NCBI GenBank assembly: GCA_947632405.1
Contig: CANRPE010000003.1
Coordinates: forward strand, 322-64,321
From: an uncultured Bacilli bacterium
GTDB lineage: Bacteria > Bacillota_I > Bacilli_A > RF39 > UBA660
Direction of reading: 5' to 3'
Length of the DNA: 64,000 bases
The translations under genes and the position numbers were made by a program. Of the stretch, positions 27,597-36,545 are shown piece by piece (the stretch's first letter is position 1; every line of letters begins with the position of its first letter). The notes below the pieces were generated by a model. The model saw only the letters and a program-made list of their open reading frames with translations. It ran no database searches and was not told the origin of the DNA.

Positions 27597-29249
27597 ATGA
27601 GTAAAATTAAAATTTTTAGTTTAGGTGGTTTAAACGAAAATGGTAAAAATATGTATGTAGTTGAAGTAGATAAAGATATTTTTATTTTTGATGCGGGTTT
27701 AAAATATGATAATGATCGTAATTTAGGAATTGATTATATTATTCCAAATATGGAGTATCTTATTAATAATCGAAAAAGAATTAAAGGTGTATTTTTAACT
27801 CATGGACATGATAGTAATATGGGAGCTGTGCCTGATTTATTAGATAATATTCCTGAAGTTAATATTTATGCAACTAAATTAACAATGGAAATATTAAAAA
27901 ACAAATTAAATGGAATTGATTATTCTAAATATCATTTAAATGAAATAAAAGCACACACTAAGCTTAATTTTGGTAAAAATTCAATTTTTCCAATTAACGT
28001 AACTCATTCTATTCCAGATGCAGTATGCTATGTATTATATACAAAAGATGGTGCTATTGTTTATACTGGTGATTTTACAATTGATGCTACGATGATTGAA
28101 AATTATAAAACTGATATTGGTAAACTTGCCTATGTTGGAAAACAAGGAGTTTTATGTTTATTAGCAGAATCAATTTATGCTGAAAATTTAGGACATACTA
28201 GTCCAAATAATCGAGTTGCATCTTTTATTAGAGAAGTTCTTAGTAAAAATGAAAATAGAATTATCGCAACAATTATGCCTGCGCATTTTTATCGTATTCA
28301 AGAATTATTCGACGAAATATCAAAAACTCATCGTAAAATAATAATCATGGGTAAATCACTTCAACTAATGATTAATATGGCTATCAAAAATGGCTATTTA
28401 AAGATTAATGGCGATAAAATTGGAGATTTAACTAATATTAATGATAAAGATTGTGTTATCTTAATTTCAGATGAAAAAGAAAAACCTTTTGCTAATTTAG
28501 AAAGAATTATTAAAGGTTATGATAAATATATTAAATTAATGGAAACAGATACAATATTTATTACTGAACCAAGTTATGCCGGAATTGAAAAAAGAATGGC
28601 ATTAATTATGGATGAGATTGCAATGCTTGGAGCTAATGCTATTTCTTTATCTAGTAAAAAACATTTACTTCATCATGCTTCAAGAGAAGATTTAATGATG
28701 ATGATTAATTTAATAAATCCAAAATATTATTTTCCAGTTAAAGGGGAATATCGTCATCAATATGCTAATGCAGTAATTGCAGAAGATATGGGAATTGCTA
28801 AAGAAAACATTATTCTAAAAGAAAATGGTGATGTTGCATATTTTGTTAATGGAGTCTTGACTCCATCTAATGAACATATCGAAGTAGATGAAGTATTAAT
28901 TGATGGTAAAACAAGTGAAGATGTAGGAGATTTAGTTTTAAAAGATAGAGAAATGTTAGGCTCTAATGGGATTGTTATCATTAGTTGTACATTAGATAAA
29001 AAAACAAAACAAATTATTGGTGGTCCAGAAATATTAACAAGAGGTTTTATTTATGTAAAGGAAAGCCAAGAATTATTAACTGAAACTAAAGAAATAGCTC
29101 GTCAAGCAATTGAAGAAAATATCATCCCAAATAGTCAAAGAGTTGACTATTCTAAGATAAAAACAGATGTAAGAGATATTTTAGGAAAATTTTTCTATAA
29201 AGAAACAGAATCAAAACCAATGATTATTACAGTTATTCAAGAAGTATAA
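27597..29249 (+). CDS. rnj: ribonuclease J
   Basis: 550 aa. Beta-CASP metallo-beta-lactamase with the THGHDSNMGA motif and the RNase J C-terminal domain. Confidence 0.9.
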   Translation: MSKIKIFSLGGLNENGKNMYVVEVDKDIFIFDAGLKYDNDRNLGIDYIIPNMEYLINNRKRIKGVFLTHGHDSNMGAVPDLLDNIPEVNIYATKLTMEILKNKLNGIDYSKYHLNEIKAHTKLNFGKNSIFPINVTHSIPDAVCYVLYTKDGAIVYTGDFTIDATMIENYKTDIGKLAYVGKQGVLCLLAESIYAENLGHTSPNNRVASFIREVLSKNENRIIATIMPAHFYRIQELFDEISKTHRKIIIMGKSLQLMINMAIKNGYLKINGDKIGDLTNINDKDCVILISDEKEKPFANLERIIKGYDKYIKLMETDTIFITEPSYAGIEKRMALIMDEIAMLGANAISLSSKKHLLHHASREDLMMMINLINPKYYFPVKGEYRHQYANAVIAEDMGIAKENIILKENGDVAYFVNGVLTPSNEHIEVDEVLIDGKTSEDVGDLVLKDREMLGSNGIVIISCTLDKKTKQIIGGPEILTRGFIYVKESQELLTETKEIARQAIEENIIPNSQRVDYSKIKTDVRDILGKFFYKETESKPMIITVIQEV

Positions 29250-29386
29250 AAATTAGATGAATTTATTAATTATTCTCACAATATACATTTAAAAATAAAA
29301 TTATATATAAATTGTAACAAATTACGACAAAATATTTTAAATAAGCAGGAAAATATGATATAATCTAAATAGGATAGGGTGAGAAT

Positions 29387-30178
29387 ATGAATAATGTTGA
29401 TATTTTAAAAAATGGGGGAATTGAAGTAGCAAAAGGTCTAGAATTACTTGGTGATATGGAAATGTATAATTCTATTTTATTAGAATTTTATAATGGATAT
29501 TATGAAAGAATGAAAAAAATTGAGTCTTATAAGATTAATTCTGATATGGCAAATTATGCAATAGAAGTACATTCATTAAAAAGTGATTCTAGATATTTGG
29601 GCATTACTAGATTAGCTGATTTAGCTTATCAACACGAAATGGCTAGTAAGGCTAATGATATTAGTAGTGTTAATAATTCTTATAATGAATTAGTTTTGGA
29701 AGGTAATAGAATTATTTCAATAATAAATGAATATTTTATGAGTGGTAAATCTAGTAATTCATCAGCAACTGCTGATAATTCTAATGAAAAAGCATTAAAT
29801 AATAATGCAAAAACAATTTTAATTGCAGATGATTCTAGCATCATTCGTGATTTTGTTAAAGAAATTTTTCATGATAAGTATAATGTATTAATGGCAAGTG
29901 ATGGTGAAGAAGTAATTAATATCGTTAAAACAAATCCAAATATTGCTGCTCTTTTGTTAGATTTAAATATGCCAAATATTAGTGGTTTTGAAGTTTTAGA
30001 ATACTTTAAACAAAATAATTTGTTTAAGGAGGTTCCAGTATCAATAATTTCTGGTGCAAATGATAAAGATTCTATTGATAAAGCATTTAATTATAATATT
30101 GTTGATATGTTAAATAAGCCGTTTAATAAAGATAATGTAAGAATTGTTGTAGAAAAAACAATTGCATTTAAAAATTAG
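29387..30178 (+). CDS. HPt-receiver fusion protein (intact phospho-His motif)
   Basis: N-terminal HPt with EVHSLKSDSRYLG. C-terminal REC with DD, LLDLNMP and LNKPF. Confidence 0.75.
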   Translation: MNNVDILKNGGIEVAKGLELLGDMEMYNSILLEFYNGYYERMKKIESYKINSDMANYAIEVHSLKSDSRYLGITRLADLAYQHEMASKANDISSVNNSYNELVLEGNRIISIINEYFMSGKSSNSSATADNSNEKALNNNAKTILIADDSSIIRDFVKEIFHDKYNVLMASDGEEVINIVKTNPNIAALLLDLNMPNISGFEVLEYFKQNNLFKEVPVSIISGANDKDSIDKAFNYNIVDMLNKPFNKDNVRIVVEKTIAFKN

Positions 30179-30186
30179 GTGATTTT

Positions 30187-30984
30187 ATGAATGATGTAAA
30201 TTGGCTTATTTCTAATGGAGTAGACGTAGAAAAAGCATTGCAACTATTTGGTAATATTGATATGTATAATAATACATTACATGATTTTTTAAATGAAGTG
30301 TTTAATCATTTAGAAAAAATAAAAAAATACAAAGAAATATCTGATATGGCAAATTATGCTTTTGAAATTCAGTCTTTAAAAAATGATGCTAATTATTTTG
30401 GTTTTACAACATTAGCTGATTTAGCAGCTCAACATGAAAATGAAAGTAAAAAAAATAATATGTTTTATGTTATAGATCATTTTGATGAAATAATAAAAGA
30501 AACAAATAGAATTATTAGAATTATTCAAGAATATTTAGGTGAAGAAGTAACAGTACACGTTAATCTACAAAAAAATAATTCTAATTCTGTTATTTTAGAT
30601 GCAAAAACGATATTAGTCGTTGATGATTCTAACATCACAAGAAAATTTGTCCAAAAAATATTTAGTAATCAGTTTAATGTATTAGTAGCTACAGATGGAG
30701 ATGAAGCTATTGATATTATTGCAAATAATCTTAATCATAAGATAGTAGCAGTTTTATTAGATTTAAATATGCCAGGTACTAATGGTTATGATGTATTAAA
30801 TTATTTTAAAACAAATAATTTATTTTCAGAAATACCAGTTTCAATAATTACAAGTGATTATTCCAAAGAAACAAGAGATAAAGTATTTTCATATGGTATT
30901 ATTGATATTTTAATAAAACCATTTAATGAACGAGATGTAAAGATGGTATTAGATAAAACTATATATTTTAATGATCAACTATAA
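30187..30984 (+). CDS. HPt-receiver fusion paralog (HPt His replaced by Gln)
   Basis: Same architecture, but the HPt motif reads EIQSLKNDANYFG. REC has VDD, LLDLNMP and LIKPF. Confidence 0.75.
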   Translation: MNDVNWLISNGVDVEKALQLFGNIDMYNNTLHDFLNEVFNHLEKIKKYKEISDMANYAFEIQSLKNDANYFGFTTLADLAAQHENESKKNNMFYVIDHFDEIIKETNRIIRIIQEYLGEEVTVHVNLQKNNSNSVILDAKTILVVDDSNITRKFVQKIFSNQFNVLVATDGDEAIDIIANNLNHKIVAVLLDLNMPGTNGYDVLNYFKTNNLFSEIPVSIITSDYSKETRDKVFSYGIIDILIKPFNERDVKMVLDKTIYFNDQL

Positions 30985-31045
30985 AATAGTTGATTTTTTT
31001 GTAAAAATGAGGTATTCTAATTAGCAAAAAAAGGGGGATTATATT

Positions 31046-31834
31046 ATGTACGAAGTAGTTGATCGTCTAGAATATGAAATAATTAATGTCCAACTTTTAG
31101 ATCGTCATTATGATAATAAAAAAATATATACAGATGAGTATTATATGCGAGAAGAATATCAAAAACAAATGGACGAATTTCATGATATTTTAGAAGAATA
31201 TAGTGATTTTGATAATGTGGAATATGAAGAATATCAGGAAATTATAAGCTATACTTTAAGTGATGTTATGGAGACATTAGTTAGTGATTTGTATATATAT
31301 GACTTATTATATTATGTACCAAAAGTAACTATTACTAATGATGAATGGGATTTATTTTTTGTAACAGTGGCAAATTACTATATAAAAAATAATTTTTCTG
31401 ATTTATTTTTTGATGATATGGTTTTTCTTAATAAAATGGTTATGGCAAAAGCAATGGTCTATGAAGAAAGTGAAATAACATTAGAAACTTATATTAGTTC
31501 TTTAAAATATATTGAATCTAATATTCTTACTCTTTCTAATATTATGGATATAGTTGATAAACTTGGTGATGCTTTTAAAATAGATTCTAAAGCAATTTTT
31601 GCTAATGATGATGGTAGTTATGGTTGTATTGGTAAATGCGATGAAGTATTTTTATTAGATTATAGTATATCTGAATATGAGATAAATACTGATAATATTA
31701 AAAGATTTTTAATAGATGAAGGTTATGAAATTATTAATAAATCTAAAATAAAAAATGAACAAGAAAGTGATTTACCTTCAAATGTAATTGATTTTAATAA
31801 AATGAAACTAAAAAGACGAAAGGTTGGCAAATAA
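31046..31834 (+). CDS. hypothetical acidic protein
   Basis: Long ORF with an SD (aaggggga). No recognisable motif. Confidence 0.5.
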   Translation: MYEVVDRLEYEIINVQLLDRHYDNKKIYTDEYYMREEYQKQMDEFHDILEEYSDFDNVEYEEYQEIISYTLSDVMETLVSDLYIYDLLYYVPKVTITNDEWDLFFVTVANYYIKNNFSDLFFDDMVFLNKMVMAKAMVYEESEITLETYISSLKYIESNILTLSNIMDIVDKLGDAFKIDSKAIFANDDGSYGCIGKCDEVFLLDYSISEYEINTDNIKRFLIDEGYEIINKSKIKNEQESDLPSNVIDFNKMKLKRRKVGK

Positions 31835-31835
31835 T

Positions 31836-31865
31836 TTGACATTATGGCATATTCTATGTTATAAT
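31836..31865 (+). promoter_or_regulatory. rplU operon promoter (TTGACA - 18 nt - TGtTATAAT)
   Basis: Read directly: TTGACAttatggcatattctatgtTATAAT. Confidence 0.6.
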
Positions 31866-31869
31866 CAAT

Positions 31870-31960
31870 ATGTTTGACGCCTCATGCTCAAACCGCATTG
31901 AAAAGGTAGAAACAAGATAACTTGTACCTTAAGAGCGAGTCTTAAGTTTAATTAAAGGAG
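31870..31960 (+). ncRNA. probable L21 ribosomal-protein leader (autoregulatory 5' UTR)
   Basis: About 100-nt GC-richer leader between the promoter and rplU, in the position of the Firmicute L21 leader. Structure not verified. Confidence 0.4.
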
Positions 31961-31968
31961 GTATAGAA

Positions 31969-32274
31969 ATGAACGCTGTAATTAAAGTTGGTGGAAAACA
32001 ATACTTTGTCAAAGAAAACGACGAAATTTTTATTGAAAAATTAGATGCTAATCCTGGTGATAGTATTAGTTTTGATCAAGTTTTGATGATTGATAGCAAA
32101 GTAGGAAGTCCATTTCTTGAAGGAGCTACTGTTTTAGGAGAAGTAATAAAAAATGGTAAGCAACGTAAAATTAGAATATTTAAATATAAAAGTAAAGATA
32201 GATCTAATCGTAAAACTCAAGGTCATAGACAACCTTATACAAAAGTAAAAATTACAAAGATTAATAATGGGTAA
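31969..32274 (+). CDS. rplU: 50S ribosomal protein L21
   Basis: [18 protein letters not shown]... Canonical L21. Confidence 0.95.
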   Translation: MNAVIKVGGKQYFVKENDEIFIEKLDANPGDSISFDQVLMIDSKVGSPFLEGATVLGEVIKNGKQRKIRIFKYKSKDRSNRKTQGHRQPYTKVKITKINNG

Positions 32275-32583
32275 TTGTTTATGGTAAAAGTTAGAGTTGA
32301 AAAAAATGGTGCAAATTATGTGAAAGTATCTATTCTAGGTCATGCAATGTATGATGATTATGGAAAAGATATTGTTTGTAGTGCAGTTAGTAGTATTGTT
32401 ACTACAACAGTTAATGGTTTGCTATCACTAGATCGAGAAAGTATCAGTTATTTAGTAAGTAATAAAGGAATGACTATTACCATAAAAAAAACTGATAGAA
32501 CTACACAAGTTTTAATTCGTAACATGATTAGTTTATTAAAAGAACTAGAAAAAAATTATAAAGATAATGTAGAAGTAAAATAA
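32275..32583 (+). CDS. prp: ribosomal-processing cysteine protease Prp
   Basis: About 100 aa between rplU and rpmA, with GHA...DIVCSAVS (catalytic His/Cys). The start may be ATG 32281. Confidence 0.85.
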   Translation: MFMVKVRVEKNGANYVKVSILGHAMYDDYGKDIVCSAVSSIVTTTVNGLLSLDRESISYLVSNKGMTITIKKTDRTTQVLIRNMISLLKELEKNYKDNVEVK

Positions 32584-32596
32584 GGAGGACAAAATC

Positions 32597-32884
32597 ATGA
32601 GATTTTTAAAGTTAGATATCCAATTATTTGCTCACCATAAAGGGCAAGGATCTACTTCTAATGGACGTGATTCAATTGGTCGTAGATTAGGTGCTAAAGC
32701 TGCTGATGGTCAATTTATAACAGCTGGATCTATTATTTATCGTCAACGTGGTACTAAAATATTTCCAGGTACAAATGTAAGACGTGGTAATGATGATACT
32801 TTATATTCAACTGTAGATGGTATTGTAAAATTTGAACGTTTAGGTAGAGATAAAAAACAAGCATCTGTTTATCCAGCAGTTTAA
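32597..32884 (+). CDS. rpmA: 50S ribosomal protein L27 (with Prp-cleaved N-terminal extension)
   Basis: [11 protein letters not shown]|[15 protein letters not shown]. The Firmicute-type propeptide followed by the conserved L27 N-terminus. Confidence 0.95.
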   Translation: MRFLKLDIQLFAHHKGQGSTSNGRDSIGRRLGAKAADGQFITAGSIIYRQRGTKIFPGTNVRRGNDDTLYSTVDGIVKFERLGRDKKQASVYPAV

Positions 32885-32968
32885 GGTGAAAAGCAAGTAT
32901 ATATTACTTGTTTTTTATTATTTAGTAATAAATATGATATACTAATGATATAAAATAGAGGTGAAAAT

Positions 32969-34252
32969 ATGTTTGTTGATGAAGTAGAAATAAAAGTTAT
33001 TGCTGGTACTGGTGGAGATGGTTGTACAGCTTTTAGAAGGGAAAAATATGTTGCCATGGGTGGTCCATACGGTGGTAATGGTGGACATGGTGGAGACGTT
33101 ATTTTTCAAGTTGATCAAGGACTTCACACTTTATTAGATTTACGTTATCAAAAAATAATTAAAGCAGCAAAAGGAGAAAATGGTAAAGGTAAGAATCAAA
33201 ATGGAAAAAATGCACCTGATTTAGTTGTTAAAGTTCCACAAGGAACAGTAATAACTGATATTGATACTGGTTTTATAATTGGTGATTTAAAAGATAAAGA
33301 TAGTAAAGTTGTCGTGGCTAAAGGTGGTCGTGGCGGTAGAGGAAATACAGCTTTTAAAACTCAAACAAATCCGGCTCCTAATTTTTCAGAAAATGGGGAA
33401 GAAGGAGAAGAAAAAATTTTAAAGGTTGAAGTTAAAATGATTGCTGATGTTGGTTTAGTTGGGCTTCCAAGTGTTGGCAAAAGTACAATAATTTCGTGTG
33501 TTTCTAAATCAAAGCCAAAAATTGCTGCATATCATTTTACAACTTTATCACCAAATTTAGGTGTTACAAAAGCAACAGATGGTCGAAGTTTTGTTTTGGC
33601 AGATTTGCCTGGATTAATTGAAGGAGCAAGTGAAGGCGAAGGCTTAGGTGATAAATTTTTAAGGCATATTGAAAGAACGAAGGTAATAGCACATGTAATT
33701 GATATGAGTGGAAGTGAAATGAGAGATCCATATGAAGACTATATTTTAATTAATAAAGAATTAGAAAAATTTAATGCGAAACTTTTGAAAAAACCACAAA
33801 TAATTATTGCTAATAAAATGGATATAGCCAGTGCTAAAAATAATTTAATTGAATTTAAAAAGAAAATAAATGATTCAACAATTCCAATTTATGAAATAAG
33901 TGCAATTACAAATCAAGGACTAGAAAAGGTCATTGATGCTTTAGCTGATTTAGTAGATAAAACAAAAGATATGCCATTATATGATGAAAATCAGTATGAA
34001 AGTCATGTTTTATATAAATTTAAAAAGGAAGAACCATACACAATTGAAAAGGAAGAAAGTGATTTGTGGGTAATTAAAGGTAAAGAGATCGAAAAATTAT
34101 TTAAAATGACAAAATTTTCATCAGAAGAAGGAATGTTGCGCTTTGCTAAAAAGTTAAAAAGAATGGGAATAGATGATAAGCTAGAAGAATTAGGTGCCAA
34201 ATCAGGTGATCAAGTAAGAATTTTAGATTTTTATTTTGACTATAGAAATTAA
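32969..34252 (+). CDS. obg: GTPase ObgE/CgtA
   Basis: Gly-rich Obg fold (GGDGCTAFRREKY..GGNGGHGGDV), G domain GLPSVGKST, C-terminal TGS-like OCT domain. Confidence 0.95.
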   Translation: MFVDEVEIKVIAGTGGDGCTAFRREKYVAMGGPYGGNGGHGGDVIFQVDQGLHTLLDLRYQKIIKAAKGENGKGKNQNGKNAPDLVVKVPQGTVITDIDTGFIIGDLKDKDSKVVVAKGGRGGRGNTAFKTQTNPAPNFSENGEEGEEKILKVEVKMIADVGLVGLPSVGKSTIISCVSKSKPKIAAYHFTTLSPNLGVTKATDGRSFVLADLPGLIEGASEGEGLGDKFLRHIERTKVIAHVIDMSGSEMRDPYEDYILINKELEKFNAKLLKKPQIIIANKMDIASAKNNLIEFKKKINDSTIPIYEISAITNQGLEKVIDALADLVDKTKDMPLYDENQYESHVLYKFKKEEPYTIEKEESDLWVIKGKEIEKLFKMTKFSSEEGMLRFAKKLKRMGIDDKLEELGAKSGDQVRILDFYFDYRN

Positions 34253-34354
34253 TGGCTATATAAATATAGTTTTAAGTTATTTAAATTTTTGTTATTAGTA
34301 CTTTTCTTAATTTAAACGAATATAAGAAAAAAAATGCAAAAATACTAAATATTC

Positions 34355-34383
34355 TTGCACTATGATTAAAAATATGCTATTAT
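34355..34383 (+). promoter_or_regulatory. tRNA operon promoter (TTGCAC - 17 nt - TATTAT)
   Basis: TTGCACtatgattaaaaatatgcTATTAT, about 11 nt upstream of the first tRNA. Confidence 0.5.
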
Positions 34384-34394
34384 TAAATAGCGAT

Positions 34395-34471
34395 GGACCC
34401 TTAGCTCAGTTGGTTAGAGCATCCGGCTCATAACCGGGCGGTCATAGGTTCAAGTCCTATAGGGTCCACCA
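34395..34471 (+). tRNA. tRNA with CAU anticodon (elongator Met or lysidine-modified Ile2)
   Basis: Hand-folded cloverleaf: acceptor ggaccct/agggtcc, D arm gctc/gagc, anticodon loop ctCATaa, T arm atagg-ttcaagt-cctat, encoded CCA. It lacks initiator features. Confidence 0.85.
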
Positions 34472-34479
34472 TTTCAAGC

Positions 34480-34564
34480 GCGGGTATGGCGGAATTGGCA
34501 GACGCGCTAGACTTAGGATCTAGTGCCGTAAGGCTTGCAGGTTCAACTCCTGTTACCCGCACCA
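34480..34564 (+). tRNA. tRNA-Leu (UAG)
   Basis: Acceptor gcgggta/tacccgc, anticodon loop ctTAGga, long variable arm, T loop ggttcaactcc, encoded CCA. The ORF-track ORF 34486..34677 over it is spurious. Confidence 0.85.
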
Positions 34565-34581
34565 GATTGATACCAAACTCG
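34558..34581 (+). repeat. 24-bp direct repeat, left copy (tRNA-Leu 3' end plus flank; att-like)
   Basis: cgcaccagattgataccaaactcg is repeated exactly at 38899-38922. Confidence 0.7.
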
Positions 34582-34653
34582 GACTTTTATAATTCGAGTA
34601 TGTATAACAAAAGACAACTTGCAAAAAAGTTGTTTTTATGTTATGATGTATTT

Positions 34654-34771
34654 GTCAAGGAAACTTGCATAAAATAAAAAAGGATACATTTGATTGCAGG
34701 AATCAGATGTTATCCCTTATGGAATGCATCTGAAATCAACGATTGTTGAAATCAGATGCTTTTGCTATTTT
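34654..34771 (+). ncRNA. putative antitoxin sRNA of type I TA-like module A
   Basis: Promoter TTGCAA(34619-34624)-17 nt-TGtTATGAT(-10 at 34642-34647). Terminator hairpin 34726-34759 plus a U-run. It is antisense to the 3' end and 3' UTR of the small minus-strand ORF. Confidence 0.45.
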
Positions 34772-34842
34772 AGAAGTAAAATAATTACGACTAAGAATAG
34801 GAGTAATATTATAATAAATTGAGAAAATTCTCTTTTTGTCAT
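34765..34842 (-). CDS. 25-aa hydrophobic peptide, putative type I toxin A
   Basis: Not in the ORF track (too short). SD aaaggtggtga, 5 nt, ATG. MTKREFSQFIIILLLFLVVIILLLK*. Own promoter TTGTAC(34949-34944)-17 nt-TGtTATAAT(34926-34921). Minus-strand terminator at 34715-34672. Confidence 0.55.
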   Translation of the reverse strand: MTKREFSQFIIILLLFLVVIILLLK

Positions 34843-35022
34843 AAATATCACCACCTTTCTTTTATCATTTGATAAATAGAAAGGGAAAGCATCTGATATA
34901 TTTCAAATGTATCCAATAACATTATAACAAACAAATGTTCTTTGTACAATGATTTATACTAAATTTTGACAATTAAAAAAACACACTTGCATATTGACAA
35001 TCAATATGCATAATGTAGTTAT

Positions 35023-35514
35023 TTAATTTTTTCTTTTAGGAAAAATGTTTCTCATTAGTTTTTGTATTTTTTTTTCTTTATTTGGTAAAGTCATTTTCAA
35101 TTGTCCTTGTTTAAACAATAAAATATCTCTTAATGAATACATTTTAAAATCTAATAATTCACATTGAGTGACCATATCCAAATTTTTTTTACGTTCCTTT
35201 AATGACATTGAATTAAATTGTTTGGCAATTTGATTTTTTGATTGAGCGATGCTTTGTCCCATTTCTATAATCTCATCATCTGATAAATCTTTTACTGAAT
35301 CATAATCAATTATCCAATCAAGACCGTTAAAAAATTCAATTTCACTAGGATCTTCAAATTTAAAAAAATCATATCTATTATCATTATTAATTATTACTAT
35401 GCCATTCCCAAAAACTTTCATAAATATTGAAGCAGGAATAGGTAAATCTGTATGATGTAAGTAAGCTATATCATTTTTTTGAACATAAACTGCATTTTCT
35501 GTTATTATTTTCAC
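35023..35514 (-). CDS. hypothetical protein
   Basis: 163-aa ORF, followed by the perfect palindrome tgcatattg-acaat-caatatgca (about 34990-35012) as a likely terminator. No motif recognised. Confidence 0.5.
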   Translation of the reverse strand: MKIITENAVYVQKNDIAYLHHTDLPIPASIFMKVFGNGIVIINNDNRYDFFKFEDPSEIEFFNGLDWIIDYDSVKDLSDDEIIEMGQSIAQSKNQIAKQFNSMSLKERKKNLDMVTQCELLDFKMYSLRDILLFKQGQLKMTLPNKEKKIQKLMRNIFPKRKN

Positions 35515-35757
35515 TATAAAAACCTCCCATTGGTTATATATTATAGCATAGAATTTGAAAGTTTTAACAAATATTTAATATTTTTAGTAATTTTGTATTA
35601 TGCTATAATTAATTAATAGTTTATTACTTACTATTTCTTTTACTCATAAGTTGTTGTACTCCTTCCTTTAGATTACTAGATAAATAGGAAACTCGAACTT
35701 TTATAGTAAATATAAAACGTACTTGATAAAAGTGCGTTTTTATGTTATTATGAATAT

Positions 35758-35877
35758 ATCAAGGAAACTTGAATAAAATAAAAAAGGGAACATTCAGTTT
35801 TTGCGAGTTGAATGTCTACCCAATTAATATTGTTTAGACATTTAATTCAGTTTGAAGAATTAAGTGTCATTTTTTTA
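35758..35877 (+). ncRNA. putative antitoxin sRNA of type I TA-like module B
   Basis: Promoter TTGATA(35723-35728)-17 nt-TGtTATTAT(-10 at 35746-35751). Strong terminator gacatttaattc-agtttgaa-gaattaagtgtc (35837-35868) plus a U-run. It overlaps the stop codon of toxin ORF B. Confidence 0.45.
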
Positions 35878-35959
35878 TTACTACTATCATAACGATAAGG
35901 AGAAATAAAATGATAGTAATGAGCTTTAGAGCTTTTATGAAAAAAGTCTTAGTTTTCAT
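35867..35959 (-). CDS. 30-aa hydrophobic peptide, putative type I toxin B
   Basis: SD aaaggaggt, 9 nt, ATG. MKTKTFFIKALKLITIILFLLIVMIVVIKK*. Promoter TTGTAC(36054-36049)-17 nt-TGgTATACT(36031-36026). Confidence 0.55.
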   Translation of the reverse strand: MKTKTFFIKALKLITIILFLLIVMIVVIKK

Positions 35960-36147
35960 TTTTATCAAACCTCCTTTCTATAAATATTGGAGGTAGACAC
36001 TCAACAACTGATATTCCCTATAAAAAGTATACCAAACAATTGTTCTTTGTACAATAGAATTTGATATTAAATTTATGACAGTTTAAAAAACACACCTGCA
36101 TATGGACAATATCACTATAGAAAAAGAAACGAAAAGTGGAATTTTTG

Positions 36148-36456
36148 ATGATAAAATTTAGTGTTAATTTGTACGAAACAGATGATTTATTATTATCAAA
36201 ATTTATGAAACAAAATAGTATTAAAAGTAAGTCATAGGCACTAAGAAAATATATTCAACTTGCAGTGAATTTAGAATCAAGAAATGATTTATTAATGGAC
36301 ATAGATAATAAATTAAATAGAATCATTTATAGAGAAAATGTTCAAAATAAATTATTAGAACAATTTTATGCAAATATGGAATTTCCAGTTAATCAAAATG
36401 TTAAAACTGAACCAAGTCTTGTTCGATTTTATGAGAATAATAGTTTATATAAATAA
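36148..36456 (+). pseudogene. ribbon-helix-helix (CopG/Arc-like) gene interrupted by an in-frame TAG at 36235-36237
   Basis: ATG 36148: MIKFSVNLYETDDLLLSKFMKQNSIKSKS*ALRKYIQLAVNLESRND.... This is the RHH pattern (beta strand, then helix, with S-x-S-[E/K/Q]-ALRKYI). The ORF-track ORF 36265..36456 is the same frame downstream of the stop. Confidence 0.5.
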
Positions 36457-36545
36457 AATTATAAATTAGAGTTAAAAGAATAATTTACTTAAAAATTTTT
36501 ATATATAGTGTTATAATATAATACAATTGATTTGGTGGTGGTGTT

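Noticed and set aside
34486-34677. 63-aa ORF (MAELADALDLGSS...)
   Set aside because: It is simply a reading frame through tRNA-Leu and its downstream terminator.
34650-36120. Two ~360-nt highly structured segments considered as copies of a large ornate ncRNA (ROOL/GOLLD-like, often near tRNAs) or as MITE-like elements
   Set aside because: Each segment contains a strong SD and a small hydrophobic ORF on the minus strand, plus convergent near-consensus promoters and terminators. This fits a type I TA module better. The segments are also much shorter than those ncRNA classes. The alternative is not fully excluded without covariance-model searches.
36235-36237. In-frame TAG as pyrrolysine or programmed recoding
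   Set aside because: There are no pyl genes or a PYLIS-like context in the window, and TAG is used as an ordinary stop elsewhere (for example at 16209-16211). A simple nonsense mutation is more parsimonious.
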